DNA of 32,000 nt from Mycoplasmoides genitalium G37 (GTDB lineage: Bacteria; Bacillota_I; Bacilli_A; Mycoplasmatales; Mycoplasmoidaceae). The stretch lies in assembly GCF_000027325.1 (NCBI RefSeq), contig NC_000908.2, positions 1 through 32,000 of the forward strand, given 5' to 3'. Position 1 is the stretch's first letter; every line of letters begins with the position of its first letter. Shown here piece by piece: positions 22,201-32,000 of this stretch. A program made the position numbers and the translations under genes. Below the pieces are notes generated by a model, which saw only the letters and a program-made list of their open reading frames with translations, was not told the DNA's origin and made no database searches.

Positions 22201-22347
22201 TATAGAATTATTGCTAAAAATACTATTGAAGAGCGAGTTTGTCAAGTTCAGAATCAGAAACAAGAACTTGTTAAAAAAACCTTGGTTGAGGATGTAAATT
22301 TCTTTAAATCTCTTTCACATGAAGAACTCTTAAAGCTTTTTGAATAA
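19252..22347 (+). CDS. SNF2-family helicase with N-terminal SWIM zinc finger
   Basis: Fragments 19252-19623, 19825-20736, 20743-21177 and 21577-22128 are all in one frame with no TAA/TAG between them (hand translated), giving 1031 aa. The SWIM motif [12 protein letters not shown] lies at 19444-19479. Helicase motif I is ADEMGLGKT, motif II is DEAQ (21355-21366), and block V-VI is [22 protein letters not shown]. Confidence 0.92.
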
Positions 22348-22356
22348 AGCAAGAAT

Positions 22357-22362
22357 TATAAT
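22357..22362 (+). promoter_or_regulatory. Candidate -10 (TATAAT) for dnaJ
   Basis: TATAAT lies 26 nt upstream of the dnaJ ATG, and its last base overlaps the CIRCE-like left arm. Confidence 0.4.
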
Positions 22363-22388
22363 TAACACTCTAAGGATGCAAGTGATAA
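22362..22388. promoter_or_regulatory. CIRCE-like inverted repeat (putative HrcA operator)
   Basis: The sequence is TTAACACTC-N9-AAGTGATAA, against the CIRCE consensus TTAGCACTC-N9-GAGTGCTAA. That is 15 of 18 positions with the exact 9-nt spacer. It sits between the -10 and the dnaJ start codon. Confidence 0.55.
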
Positions 22389-23558
22389 ATGGCTGCTGGT
22401 AAAAGGGATTATTATGAAGTTCTAGGGATATCTAAAAACGCTAGTTCTCAAGACATAAAAAGAGCTTTTAGAAAGCTTGCAATGCAATATCACCCCGATC
22501 GTCATAAAGCAGAAAATGAAACTACTCAAAAACAAAATGAGGAAAAGTTTAAAGAGGTTAATGAAGCATATGAAGTTCTAAGTGATGAAGAAAAACGTAA
22601 GCTTTATGACCAGTTTGGTCATGAAGGGTTAAATGCTTCTGGTTTTCATGAAGCAGGGTTTAATCCTTTTGACATCTTTAATAGTGTTTTTGGTGAGGGA
22701 TTTTCCTTTGGAATGGATGGTGATTCACCATTTGATTTCATTTTTAATCGTTCTAAAAAACGTCAACAACAAATTGTTGTTCCCTATAACCTTGATATTG
22801 CTTTAGTAATTGAAATTAACTTTTTTGAAATGACTAATGGTTGCAACAAAACCATCAAATATGAAAGAAAAGTTTCATGTCATAGTTGTAATGGTTTTGG
22901 CGCTGAAGGCGGGGAAAGTGGATTGGATCTTTGTAAGGATTGTAATGGCAATGGTTTTGTTATTAAAAACCAACGTTCTATCTTTGGAACCATTCAATCC
23001 CAAGTCTTGTGTTCAACTTGCAATGGACAAGGAAAACAAATTAAAGTTAAGTGCAAAACTTGTCGTTCTAACAAATACACTGTTACCAATCAAATTAAAG
23101 AGATTAATATTCCAGCAGGAATGTATAGTGGTGAAGCTTTAGTTGATGAAAGTGGTGGTAATGAATTTAAAGGTCACTATGGAAAATTAATCATTCAAGT
23201 GAATGTATTGGCAAGTAAGATTTTCAAACGTAGTGATAATAATGTTATTGCCAATGTTTTAGTAGATCCAATGGTTGCTATAGTTGGTGGGGTAATTGAA
23301 CTACCTACTCTTGAAGGGATTAAAGAATTTAATATTAGACCAGGCACTAAGAGTGGCGAACAGATTGTTATTCCTAACGGTGGGATTAAATTCTCAAAGA
23401 GTTTTAAAAGAAAAGCTGGGGACTTAATCATTATTATTAGTTATGCACGTCCTTGTGAATACACTAACTTAGAATTGAAAAAATTACGTGAGTTTATCAA
23501 ACCTAATCAAGAGGTTAAACAATATTTAAATACTTTAAAAAATGAATACAAAACTTAA
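22389..23558 (+). CDS. dnaJ: Molecular chaperone DnaJ (type I, Hsp40)
   Basis: Uninterrupted 389-aa ORF with a J domain carrying YHPDRH. The Cys-rich region (22878-23075) has [24 protein letters not shown] and a fourth, glycine-less repeat [10 protein letters not shown]-terminal substrate-binding region follows. Confidence 0.95.
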   Translation: MAAGKRDYYEVLGISKNASSQDIKRAFRKLAMQYHPDRHKAENETTQKQNEEKFKEVNEAYEVLSDEEKRKLYDQFGHEGLNASGFHEAGFNPFDIFNSVFGEGFSFGMDGDSPFDFIFNRSKKRQQQIVVPYNLDIALVIEINFFEMTNGCNKTIKYERKVSCHSCNGFGAEGGESGLDLCKDCNGNGFVIKNQRSIFGTIQSQVLCSTCNGQGKQIKVKCKTCRSNKYTVTNQIKEINIPAGMYSGEALVDESGGNEFKGHYGKLIIQVNVLASKIFKRSDNNVIANVLVDPMVAIVGGVIELPTLEGIKEFNIRPGTKSGEQIVIPNGGIKFSKSFKRKAGDLIIIISYARPCEYTNLELKKLREFIKPNQEVKQYLNTLKNEYKT

Positions 23559-24467
23559 TGTAAAAGGTTATCTAAATGTTGGTGATAACCATCAACTTTA
23601 TTACTGAACACAAGGAAATCCTAATGGTAAACCGGTTTTGTATATCCATGGCGGACCTGGTTCTGGTACTGATGAAGGATGTTTAAAGTATTTTGATCTT
23701 GAAACAACTTGGATTATTTTATTAGATCAAAGAGGTTGTGGTAAGAGTAAGACTAATGATATCTTTTATGAAAATAACACTGATAAATTAGTTAGTGATT
23801 TTGAAATTTTACGTCAAAAATTAAACATTAAAAACTGAACACTCTTTGGTGGTAGTTGGGGTTCTGCACTTGCTTTAGTTTATGCAATTAAACACCCACA
23901 AGTAGTTGATAAGATCTTTTTAAGAGCACTTTTTTTAGCTAGAGAAAAAGACTGATCTGAAGCTTTAATGGGATTAGGAAAAATGTTTTATCCTTATGAA
24001 CACCAACGCTTTATGGATAGTATTCCTAAAGCTTATCAGAACAGTTATGAACAAATTGTTAACTACTGTTATGATCAATTTCAAAATGGTGATGAATCAA
24101 CCAAAGAAAAACTTGCTAAAGCTTGGGTGGATTGAGAATCAACATTACTTTCACCTATTAACAAAATTCATTCAACAGCAACAGACTTTAAATTAGTTGA
24201 AAAACTAGCTTTATTGGAATGTCACTATGCAGTTAATAAAAGTTTTTTGGATGAAAACTTCATTCTAGATAACATTAGTGTTCTTAAAAATAAAAGTATT
24301 TATTTGGCTCATGGTAGATTTGATCTGATCTGTCCTTTATATCAACCATTAGCATTAAAACAAGCATTCCCTGAATTACAACTTTATGTAACCAATAATG
24401 CTGGTCATAGTGGTAGTGATGCTAATAATTTAGCAACTATAAAACACCTTTTAAAAACTTACCTTTA

Positions 24468-24468
<1 letters not shown>
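23542..24468 (+). CDS. pip: Proline iminopeptidase (alpha/beta hydrolase)
   Basis: ATG at 23542 is in frame with fragments 23638-23838 and 24214-24468, joined through TGA (hand translated), giving 308 aa. Motifs are HGGPGSG, the nucleophile elbow GGSWGS and a C-terminal GHS. It overlaps dnaJ by 17 nt. Confidence 0.9.
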
Positions 24469-26006
<1,538 letters not shown>

Positions 26007-26035
26007 GAAAAGTAGTATTAGAATTTTATTGATTT

Positions 26036-26473
26036 ATGCAATTAGAGTACCTCAATCTTATTTCTCAAGCTAAAGTTATTGCAGAAAAACAATTTAAAGC
26101 TAACCCTTTTTCTTTTGAAACAATTTGAAAAGAAGTAGTTAAACATTTCAAGATTTCAAAACAAGATGAACCAAGCTTAATTGGTCGTTTTTATCAAGAT
26201 TTTCTTGAGGATCCTAACTTTGTCTATTTAGGTGATAGAAAATGAAAACTTCGTGATTTTATGAAGTTTGATGAATGGAACAAGATATCACAATCTATGT
26301 TTGTTACAAAGGAGATTTTTGAAGAAGGTTATGAAGATCTTTCCAATAAAAAAGTAGAACCTGAGGAAGGAGTTGGTGATTTCATTATGGGAAATGATGG
26401 TGATGACAATGAAACTGGCAGTGAAATAGTACAAGGTTTAATTAATGATTCATTCAGTGAGGAAAATCAATAG
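26036..26473 (+). CDS. rpoE: RNA polymerase delta subunit
   Basis: ATG at 26036 is in frame with fragment 26261-26473 (145 aa). The N-terminal region (FSFETIWKEV...GRFYQDFLEDPNFVYLGDRKWKLRD) resembles the delta-subunit N-domain. It is followed by a strongly acidic tail. Confidence 0.8.
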
Positions 26474-26478
26474 TAGAT

Positions 26479-27345
26479 ATGCTTGTTAACTTTAAATTGA
26501 TGCTTCAAAAAGCAAAGCTAGGTAAATATGCAATCCCTCACATTAACATCAATAACTATGAATGGGCCAAAGCTGTTTTAACAGCAGCAAATCAAGCTAA
26601 TAGCCCAATTATTGTTTCAGTATCTGAAGGTGCTTTAAAGTACATGTCTGGTTATAGTGTTGTTATCCCGCTTGTTAAGGGTTTAATTGAATCACTAAGT
26701 GTTAAAGTACCAGTGACATTACATTTAGATCATGGTAGTTATGATGCATGTATCCAAGCATTACAGGCTGGATTTAGTTCAGTAATGTTTGATGGTTCAC
26801 ATTTACCATTTGAAGAAAATTTCAATAAATCTAAAAAGTTAATAGAGATAGCACAAAAAACAAATGCTTCTGTTGAACTTGAAGTTGGTACTATTGGTGG
26901 AGAAGAAGATGGTGTTATAGGACAAGGTGAGTTAGCTAATGTTGATGAATGTAAACAAATCGCTAGTTTAAAACCAGATGCTTTAGCAGCAGGAATTGGT
27001 AATATCCATGGTATCTATCCTAAGAATTGAAAAGGATTAAACTTTCCTTTGATTGAAACAATATCAAAAATTACTAACTTACCCTTAGTTTTACATGGTG
27101 GCTCTGGAATCTTAGAAAATGATGTTAAAAAAGCAATTAGTTTAGGGATTTGCAAACTAAATATTAATACTGAGTGTCAATTAGCATTTGCACATGAAAT
27201 TAGAAAATACATTGAATCAAATAAAGACTTGGATCTTAACAAAAAAGGTTATGATCCTAGAAAACTTTTAAAAGAACCTACTCAAGCAATTGTTGATACT
27301 TGCTTGGAAAAGATTGATTTGTGTGGTTCTAGAAATAAAGCATAG
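26479..27345 (+). CDS. fba: Fructose-bisphosphate aldolase, class II
   Basis: Fragments 26479-27030 and 27049-27345 are joined by one TGA (288 aa). Motifs are HLDHG, IGNIHG and VLHGGSG. Confidence 0.95.
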
Positions 27346-28449
27346 ATGTTAAGTGCAGGGATAGTTGGTTTACCTAATGTTGGTAAGTCAACTTTATTTA
27401 GTGCTATTACTAATTTGCAAGTTGAAATAGCAAACTATCCTTTTGCAACTATAGAACCTAATACTGGCATTGTTAATGTTAGTGATGAGAGATTAGATAA
27501 ATTAGCTAGCTTAATTAATCCTGAAAAGATAGTTTATACAACCTTTCGTTTTGTTGATATAGCAGGTCTTGTTAAAGGCGCCAGTCAAGGTCAAGGATTG
27601 GGTAATCAATTCTTAGCAAACATCCGTGAAGTGGATTTAATTTGTCATGTTGTAAGATGTTTTCAAGATAAAAAAATTGTTCATGTTAACAATACAATAG
27701 ATCCTGTTTTTGATTTTGAAATTATTGTTAATGAACTAATCCAAGCTGATTTTGAATTAATAACAAACAGAATCGGCAAGCTTAAAAGAAAAGCTGAATC
27801 AGGTGATAAAATCGCTAAAGAAGAGTTTGTATTACTTGAAATTGTTTTAAATGGATTAAAACAAGGTCAAATGCCCATTCAGACTCTAAGTGAAAGTGAA
27901 TTGAAAACAATTAAATCACTTAATCTATTAACAGCTAAACCTATTCTAATAGTAGCCAATGTATCTGAGAATGACTTATTAAACCTTGATAATAATGAAG
28001 CTTTAAAAAAATTGAATGCTTTTCTTGATCAAAAAAAGATTCCCAAGGCAATCACAGTTTGTTCTTTAATTGAAAAAGAATTAAGCGGTTTGAAATTAGA
28101 ACAACGTCAATACTTTTTGGATGAACTTGGCTTAAAAAATTATTCAGGTTTAAACCGAGTAATTCAAGCTGCATATCAAACTTTAAACCTTTGGTCTTTT
28201 TTTACTTTTGGTAAAAAAGAAGTTAGAGCATGAACATTTAAAAAGGGTTGAAATGCTCCTCAGTGTGCTGGGCAAATTCATTCTGATTTTGAAAAAGGAT
28301 TTATTAAAGTTGAAGTAATTAGTTGAGATCAATTGTTTGCAATGAAATCTTTACAAGAAGCTAAAAAACAAGGTTTGATAAGATTGGAAGGCAAAAATTA
28401 CTTAATAAAAGATGGTGATGTTTGTAACTTTAAATTTAACGTCACTTAA
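27346..28449 (+). CDS. ychF: Ribosome-binding ATPase YchF (Obg-family)
   Basis: The ATG directly abuts the fba stop. The P-loop is GLPNVGKSTLF and DIAGLVKGAS is present. After TGA read-through the conserved C-terminal TGS-like region follows (AGQIHSDFEKGFI...DGDV). Length is 367 aa. Confidence 0.93.
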
Positions 28450-28632
28450 AAATTAATCTATTTTCAAAATGAGTTTTTTCAACATTTATTAATTAAAAAT
28501 TAATGCTTTTTAAAGTTGAATCTTAATTCATTTTTCAATACTTTTTTAGGCTTCCTATTCTTTAATTAAATTAATACGCTTTTCTAAAAGTAAAAGTTAA
28601 GAAAAGTACTTTTATTCAAACAAAAACGTTTT

Positions 28633-28638
28633 TATAAT
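28633..28638 (+). promoter_or_regulatory. Candidate -10 (TATAAT) for the glycosyltransferase gene
   Basis: TATAAT ends 13 nt upstream of the GTG start at 28652, implying a very short leader. The palindrome AAAAACGTTTTT (28622-28633) abuts it. Confidence 0.35.
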
Positions 28639-28651
28639 TTTAGAGATAGTT

Positions 28652-29548
28652 GTGCCAAGTAAGTATTTATTCACCGTTATAATTCCAACATACAATTGTT
28701 GTCAATACATAAAAAAGGCATTAGATTCATTGCTTTTACAGAATGAATATTTTTTAAAAACACAAGTACTAATAGTTAACGATGGTTCACTAGACAATAC
28801 TAAGGAAGTTGTTAGTGACTATTTAATAAAGTACTCCAATATTAGTTATTTTGAAAAAACTAATGGTAATTGGGGTAGTGTTATTAACTATGTTAAAAAA
28901 AATAAATTAGCCTTAGGTCAATATATTACTGTTTTAGATAGCGATGATTATTTTTTAAAAGATAGTTTTAAAAAAGTGGCTCGTTTCTTTGGCCATGACA
29001 TGATCATTGGCGCTTTTTATTGTTATATTAATGAAAATAAAACTCGTTTTTTAAAACCTTATTTCGGTAAGACTGGTGTTATTAAAGAACATACCAAATT
29101 AAGAACCCCCCATTCCCAACCTATTGCTAAATTTTACAGTAATAAACTTTTCTATGAACTACATGATCTTAAGGAAAAGTTATTCTTCCAGGATTGTTTA
29201 ATGTATCACGATGCTATTAACAGAGTTGAAAGTGTTTTTTATTTGCGAGAGCCTTTAGCAGTTTGGTTTTCTACAAGACCTGGCAATTCTACAACAACTT
29301 CTTGAGAAAATCCAAATAAATTTAATGCTTGGTGTGAAATTCTCCAAAAAATGAATTTGTATGGAGCTGGGATAGTAATCTACATCTATACTATGCTACC
29401 TGGATTTCTAAAACAACTAAAGAAAAAACAACTAATACTGAATTTGAACCATAAACCAGCTTACACTTGATTACCTAAACCTTTAGCGTTTATTTTTGGT
29501 GGTTTAATGGCATTTAAAACCAGAAAATACATTAAATATCCTAAGTAA
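28652..29548 (+). CDS. Family 2 glycosyltransferase with a C-terminal membrane segment
   Basis: The gene has a GTG start. The N-terminus FTVIIPTYNC and the DxD motif LDSDDYF are typical of GT2. The ORF continues through TGA (29303) into hydrophobic segments (GAGIVIYIYTMLPGF, LAFIFGGLMAF) and ends at TAA 29546-29548 (298 aa). Confidence 0.85.
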
Positions 29549-29551
29549 TTT

Positions 29552-30124
29552 ATGGCAGAAATGATAGAAGCAAAAAATCTTCGTAATGGGCAAACCATCT
29601 TCGGTCCTAACAAAGAGATTTTATTAGTACTGGAAAATACATTTAACAAAACCGCAATGCGCCAGGGAATTGTTAAAACTAAAGTTAAAAACTTAAGAAC
29701 TGGGGCTATTGTTTGGCTTGAATTTACTGGTGACAAATTAGAACAAGTAATTATTGATAAGAAAAAAATGAATTTCTTATACAAAGATGGTAATAACTTT
29801 GTTTTTATGGATCAAAAAGACTACAGTCAGATTGAGATTAATGAAAAAAAATTAGAGTGGGAAAAAAATTTCATTACTGAAGAAATTGAAGTTACTGTTA
29901 TTACTTATCAAGATGAAATTCTAGGAGTTAATTTACCTGATTTAGTTCCTATTGAAGTTGAGTTTGCTGAAGATGCTATTCAGGGCAATACTGCTAACAT
30001 GGCAAGAAAAAAAGCACGCCTTGTAACTGGTTATGAACTTGATGTACCCCAATTTATTAATACTGGTGATAAGATTGTAATTGCCACTGTTGATGGCAAT
30101 TACCGTGAAAGGTTTAACAAATAA
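29552..30124 (+). CDS. efp: Translation elongation factor P
   Basis: Uninterrupted 190-aa ORF that aligns without gaps to the bacterial EF-P sequences I recall (VKTKVKNLRTGAI, FMD, VPQFINTGDKIVI). The loop that normally reads KPGKG reads KTAMRQG. Confidence 0.93.
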   Translation: MAEMIEAKNLRNGQTIFGPNKEILLVLENTFNKTAMRQGIVKTKVKNLRTGAIVWLEFTGDKLEQVIIDKKKMNFLYKDGNNFVFMDQKDYSQIEINEKKLEWEKNFITEEIEVTVITYQDEILGVNLPDLVPIEVEFAEDAIQGNTANMARKKARLVTGYELDVPQFINTGDKIVIATVDGNYRERFNK

Positions 30125-30548
30125 ATTAACTAGAACCCAAAGACGAATTGCTGTAGTGGAATTTATCTTTTCTCTCCTCTTTTTCTTACCTAAAGAAGCT
30201 GAAGTTATTCAAGCAGATTTTTTAGAGTATGATACTAAAGAACGACAACTAAATGAATGACAAAAACTAATTGTTAAAGCATTTAGTGAAAATATCTTCT
30301 CTTTTCAAAAGAAAATTGAAGAACAACAATTGAAAAATCAATTAGAAATTCAAACTAAATACAATAAAATATCAGGAAAAAAGATTGATCTTTTAACTAC
30401 TGCAGTTGTTTTATGTGCACTTAGTGAACAAAAGGCACATAATACTGATAAACCACTTTTAATTAGTGAGGCATTGTTGATTATGGATCATTATTCACAA
30501 GGTGCTGAAAAAAAACAAACTCATGCTTTATTAGATAAGCTCTTGTAA
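30093..30548 (+). CDS. nusB: Transcription antitermination factor NusB (divergent)
   Basis: The frame containing fragment 30330-30548 stays open upstream. The stretch TRTQRRIAVVEFIF resembles the NusB N-terminus (RR.AR..A.Q.L). The start is uncertain: ATG at 30093 (overlapping efp by 32 nt), GTG at 30105, or a later non-ATG codon. Confidence 0.65.
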
Positions 30549-31153
30549 TGAAACGTAACTGAAGACAACACTATAATGTTTTTTTAGCTAATCTAGTTTT
30601 AGTATTTGGCTTTGCTTTAAATATTTTGGTTGCAAAACAATCTTTAAATAACACAACGCCCCAGTTCAGGTTTTTGTTTGTAACTCCTTTTCTTGGCGTT
30701 GTCATAGGTGCTGTTCTCTATTTTTTTGATGTTAAGTGGTTTTTAATTGACTATCCATACAAGAAATTTCACTTTCAAAAAAAATGAGCAATTGTTTATT
30801 TATCAGGGGTTATTGTATTTTTTTTAAATGTTTTAATTGGAGTAGTTTTACTTGTTGTAATGGTTAATTACATTACTAACCAAATTCTTGAAAGGGAATA
30901 TGAAAGATTATTTACAAATTCATTACCTTATTTATGATCAACAACAGGAACTAGTATTGTTTTAAGTCTTATTAGTATAGGAATGAGTAAAACTGCACAT
31001 TTTTTTATTGATATAGAGATTTTGAAAGCCAAAAAAGGAGAACCCACTGATCCTAATAAAACTGATAATAGAGCAGTTGTTATTAATCTTGATGAGAATA
31101 AAAAGAATGAAAAAGAACAGTCCCCTCCTTCTGCAGAAATGACTAGTCTTTAA
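30548..31153 (+). CDS. Membrane protein of unknown function (about four hydrophobic segments, charged C-terminal tail)
   Basis: The ATG overlaps the nusB stop (TAATG). Hand translation through TGA codons gives 201 aa with hydrophobic runs (LANLVLVFGFALNILV, FLFVTPFLGVVIGAVLYFF, AIVYLSGVIVFFLNVLIGVVLLVVMV, TGTSIVLSLISIG). I recognise no family. Confidence 0.7.
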
Positions 31154-31703
31154 TTTCACTACCAAATAACCTTTTATGAACAAGCTCATTTAAAGTGTTA
31201 TCTTTTAAAAAAGTGCACACAATAACTGTTGCAAATTCCAAAGCACAACCAGCACTTCTTGCTGTTATTAATTTATTTGCTACTGTTACTTTTGCTGTTG
31301 ATCTGTTTTCAGACATAACTAAATTTGGGTTTGGAAAAGAAGAATAGATCTCATCTTTAGTGATAATACCATGTTTAAATAGAACATTCGGTGTGTCACA
31401 AATAGCAAAAAGATAAAGGTTATTTACTTTGAAATAATTAATTGTTTTAAGCAGTTTTTCATCTTTATCTAAGTGTTTTGTAGCTCCTATTCCACCGGGA
31501 ATATAAACTGCATCAAATTCTGATAAGTTAATGGTGTTGACAATATTGTTAACTTCAACAACACCATTACTAGCAGTTATCTTTTTTAATGAATGGTGAT
31601 AACATGTTGTTTGTATTGTTTTAATGAAACTAAATACAACCATTACATTAGTATATTCAACATCATTCATCTCTGGATAGACAATAACAAGTATCTTTTT
31701 CAT
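31143..31703 (-). CDS. DJ-1/PfpI (ThiJ) family protein
   Basis: The start MKKILVIVYPEMND at 31703 is preferred over the track's upstream extension. The nucleophile-elbow Cys sits in LFAICDTP, and IPGGIGA is present. Length is 186 aa, and the 3' end overlaps the convergent membrane-protein gene by 11 nt. Confidence 0.85.
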   Translation of the reverse strand: MKKILVIVYPEMNDVEYTNVMVVFSFIKTIQTTCYHHSLKKITASNGVVEVNNIVNTINLSEFDAVYIPGGIGATKHLDKDEKLLKTINYFKVNNLYLFAICDTPNVLFKHGIITKDEIYSSFPNPNLVMSENRSTAKVTVANKLITARSAGCALEFATVIVCTFLKDNTLNELVHKRLFGSEIKD

Positions 31704-31704
31704 T

Positions 31705-32000
31705 TTATTTAGTACCAAATAAACGGTCCCCAGCATCACCAAGACCAGGGATTATGTATCTATTGTCATTTAACTTTTCATCAATTGCTGCAAGAAATAT
31801 ATCAACATGAGGATGCATTTTTTCTACTTTATTAATTCCTTCAGGTGCTGCTACTATAGCAATAACACTAATTTTGATAGGTTTATCTTCTTTAATAGAT
31901 TTAATAGCAGTTAACAATGTAGTTCCAGTAGCAAGCATAGGATCAAGAATAATAACATGTGAATCAGAGATGTTTTCAGGCATCTTTTTATAGTATGAAA
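31705..32000 (-). CDS. upp: Uracil phosphoribosyltransferase (5' end lies beyond the window)
   Basis: The PRPP-binding motif [13 protein letters not shown] and the canonical C-terminus [16 protein letters not shown] are present. The frame remains open to the window edge, so the gene is partial. Confidence 0.93.
   Translation of the reverse strand, partial: SYYKKMPENISDSHVIILDPMLATGTTLLTAIKSIKEDKPIKISVIAIVAAPEGINKVEKMHPHVDIFLAAIDEKLNDNRYIIPGLGDAGDRLFGTK

Noticed and set aside
19252-22347. Treating the four fragments as separate small genes plus a helicase.
   Set aside because: Hand translation across each junction (19621, 20734, 21175, 22126) shows only TGA codons and continuous sensible sequence, so this is one gene.
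22106-24196. ORFs 22106-22297 (+), 22837-23142 (+), 23195-23431 (-) and 23996-24196 (+).
   Set aside because: They are alternative frames or antisense within the SNF2 helicase, dnaJ and pip, and they terminate at TGA only under the wrong code.
28469-28492. A tiny ORF (ATG, 7 codons, TAA) in the ychF-glycosyltransferase gap.
   Set aside because: It is too short, has no ribosome-binding context, and short ORFs like this are expected by chance.
29461-31189. Minus-strand ORFs 29461-29784 (107 aa) and 30962-31189 (75 aa).
   Set aside because: They lie opposite the glycosyltransferase/efp junction and the membrane-protein gene. They are hydrophobic mirror-frame artefacts with no start context.

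Overview
The window is a very AT-rich, tightly packed Mollicutes chromosome segment read with genetic code 4 (TGA = Trp). From gene order and protein sequences I recognise it, from memory and not from a search, as the origin-proximal start of the Mycoplasma (Mycoplasmoides) genitalium chromosome. The supplied standard-code ORF track splits most genes at in-frame TGA. Re-joining same-frame fragments gives 28 CDSs and 2 tRNAs. In order they are: a 685-bp non-coding putative origin, dnaN, a J-domain protein, gyrB, gyrA, serS, tmk, holB, mnmE, tatD, and a TOPRIM-only primase fragment. A minus-strand island follows (two RimK-like ATP-grasp paralogs, folD, tRNA-Ala, tRNA-Ile). After it come an ABC exporter pair, a 1031-aa SWIM+SNF2 helicase, dnaJ, pip, metG, rpoE, fba, ychF, a GT2 glycosyltransferase, efp, nusB, a membrane protein, then a minus-strand DJ-1/PfpI gene and upp (cut by the window end). 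I saw no rRNA, CRISPR array, transposase, integrase or recognisable defence island; this is mostly housekeeping DNA. The points most worth a second look are listed here. (1) An 11-bp phased array of AATACT/AGTATT hexamers fills the putative origin, which has no canonical DnaA box. (2) A folD / twin ATP-grasp ligase unit is joined by overlapping or near-abutting reading frames. (3) A clean intrinsic terminator lies between the tRNA pair and folD. (4) The ABC heterodimer has its three degenerate motifs converging on one ATP site. (5) A CIRCE-like operator abuts the dnaJ start codon. (6) EF-P has Met-Arg where the modified Lys/Arg normally sits. (7) tRNA-Ala has an A19:U56 elbow pair. All coordinates were derived by hand from the sequence, and all functional interpretations beyond homology are inference.
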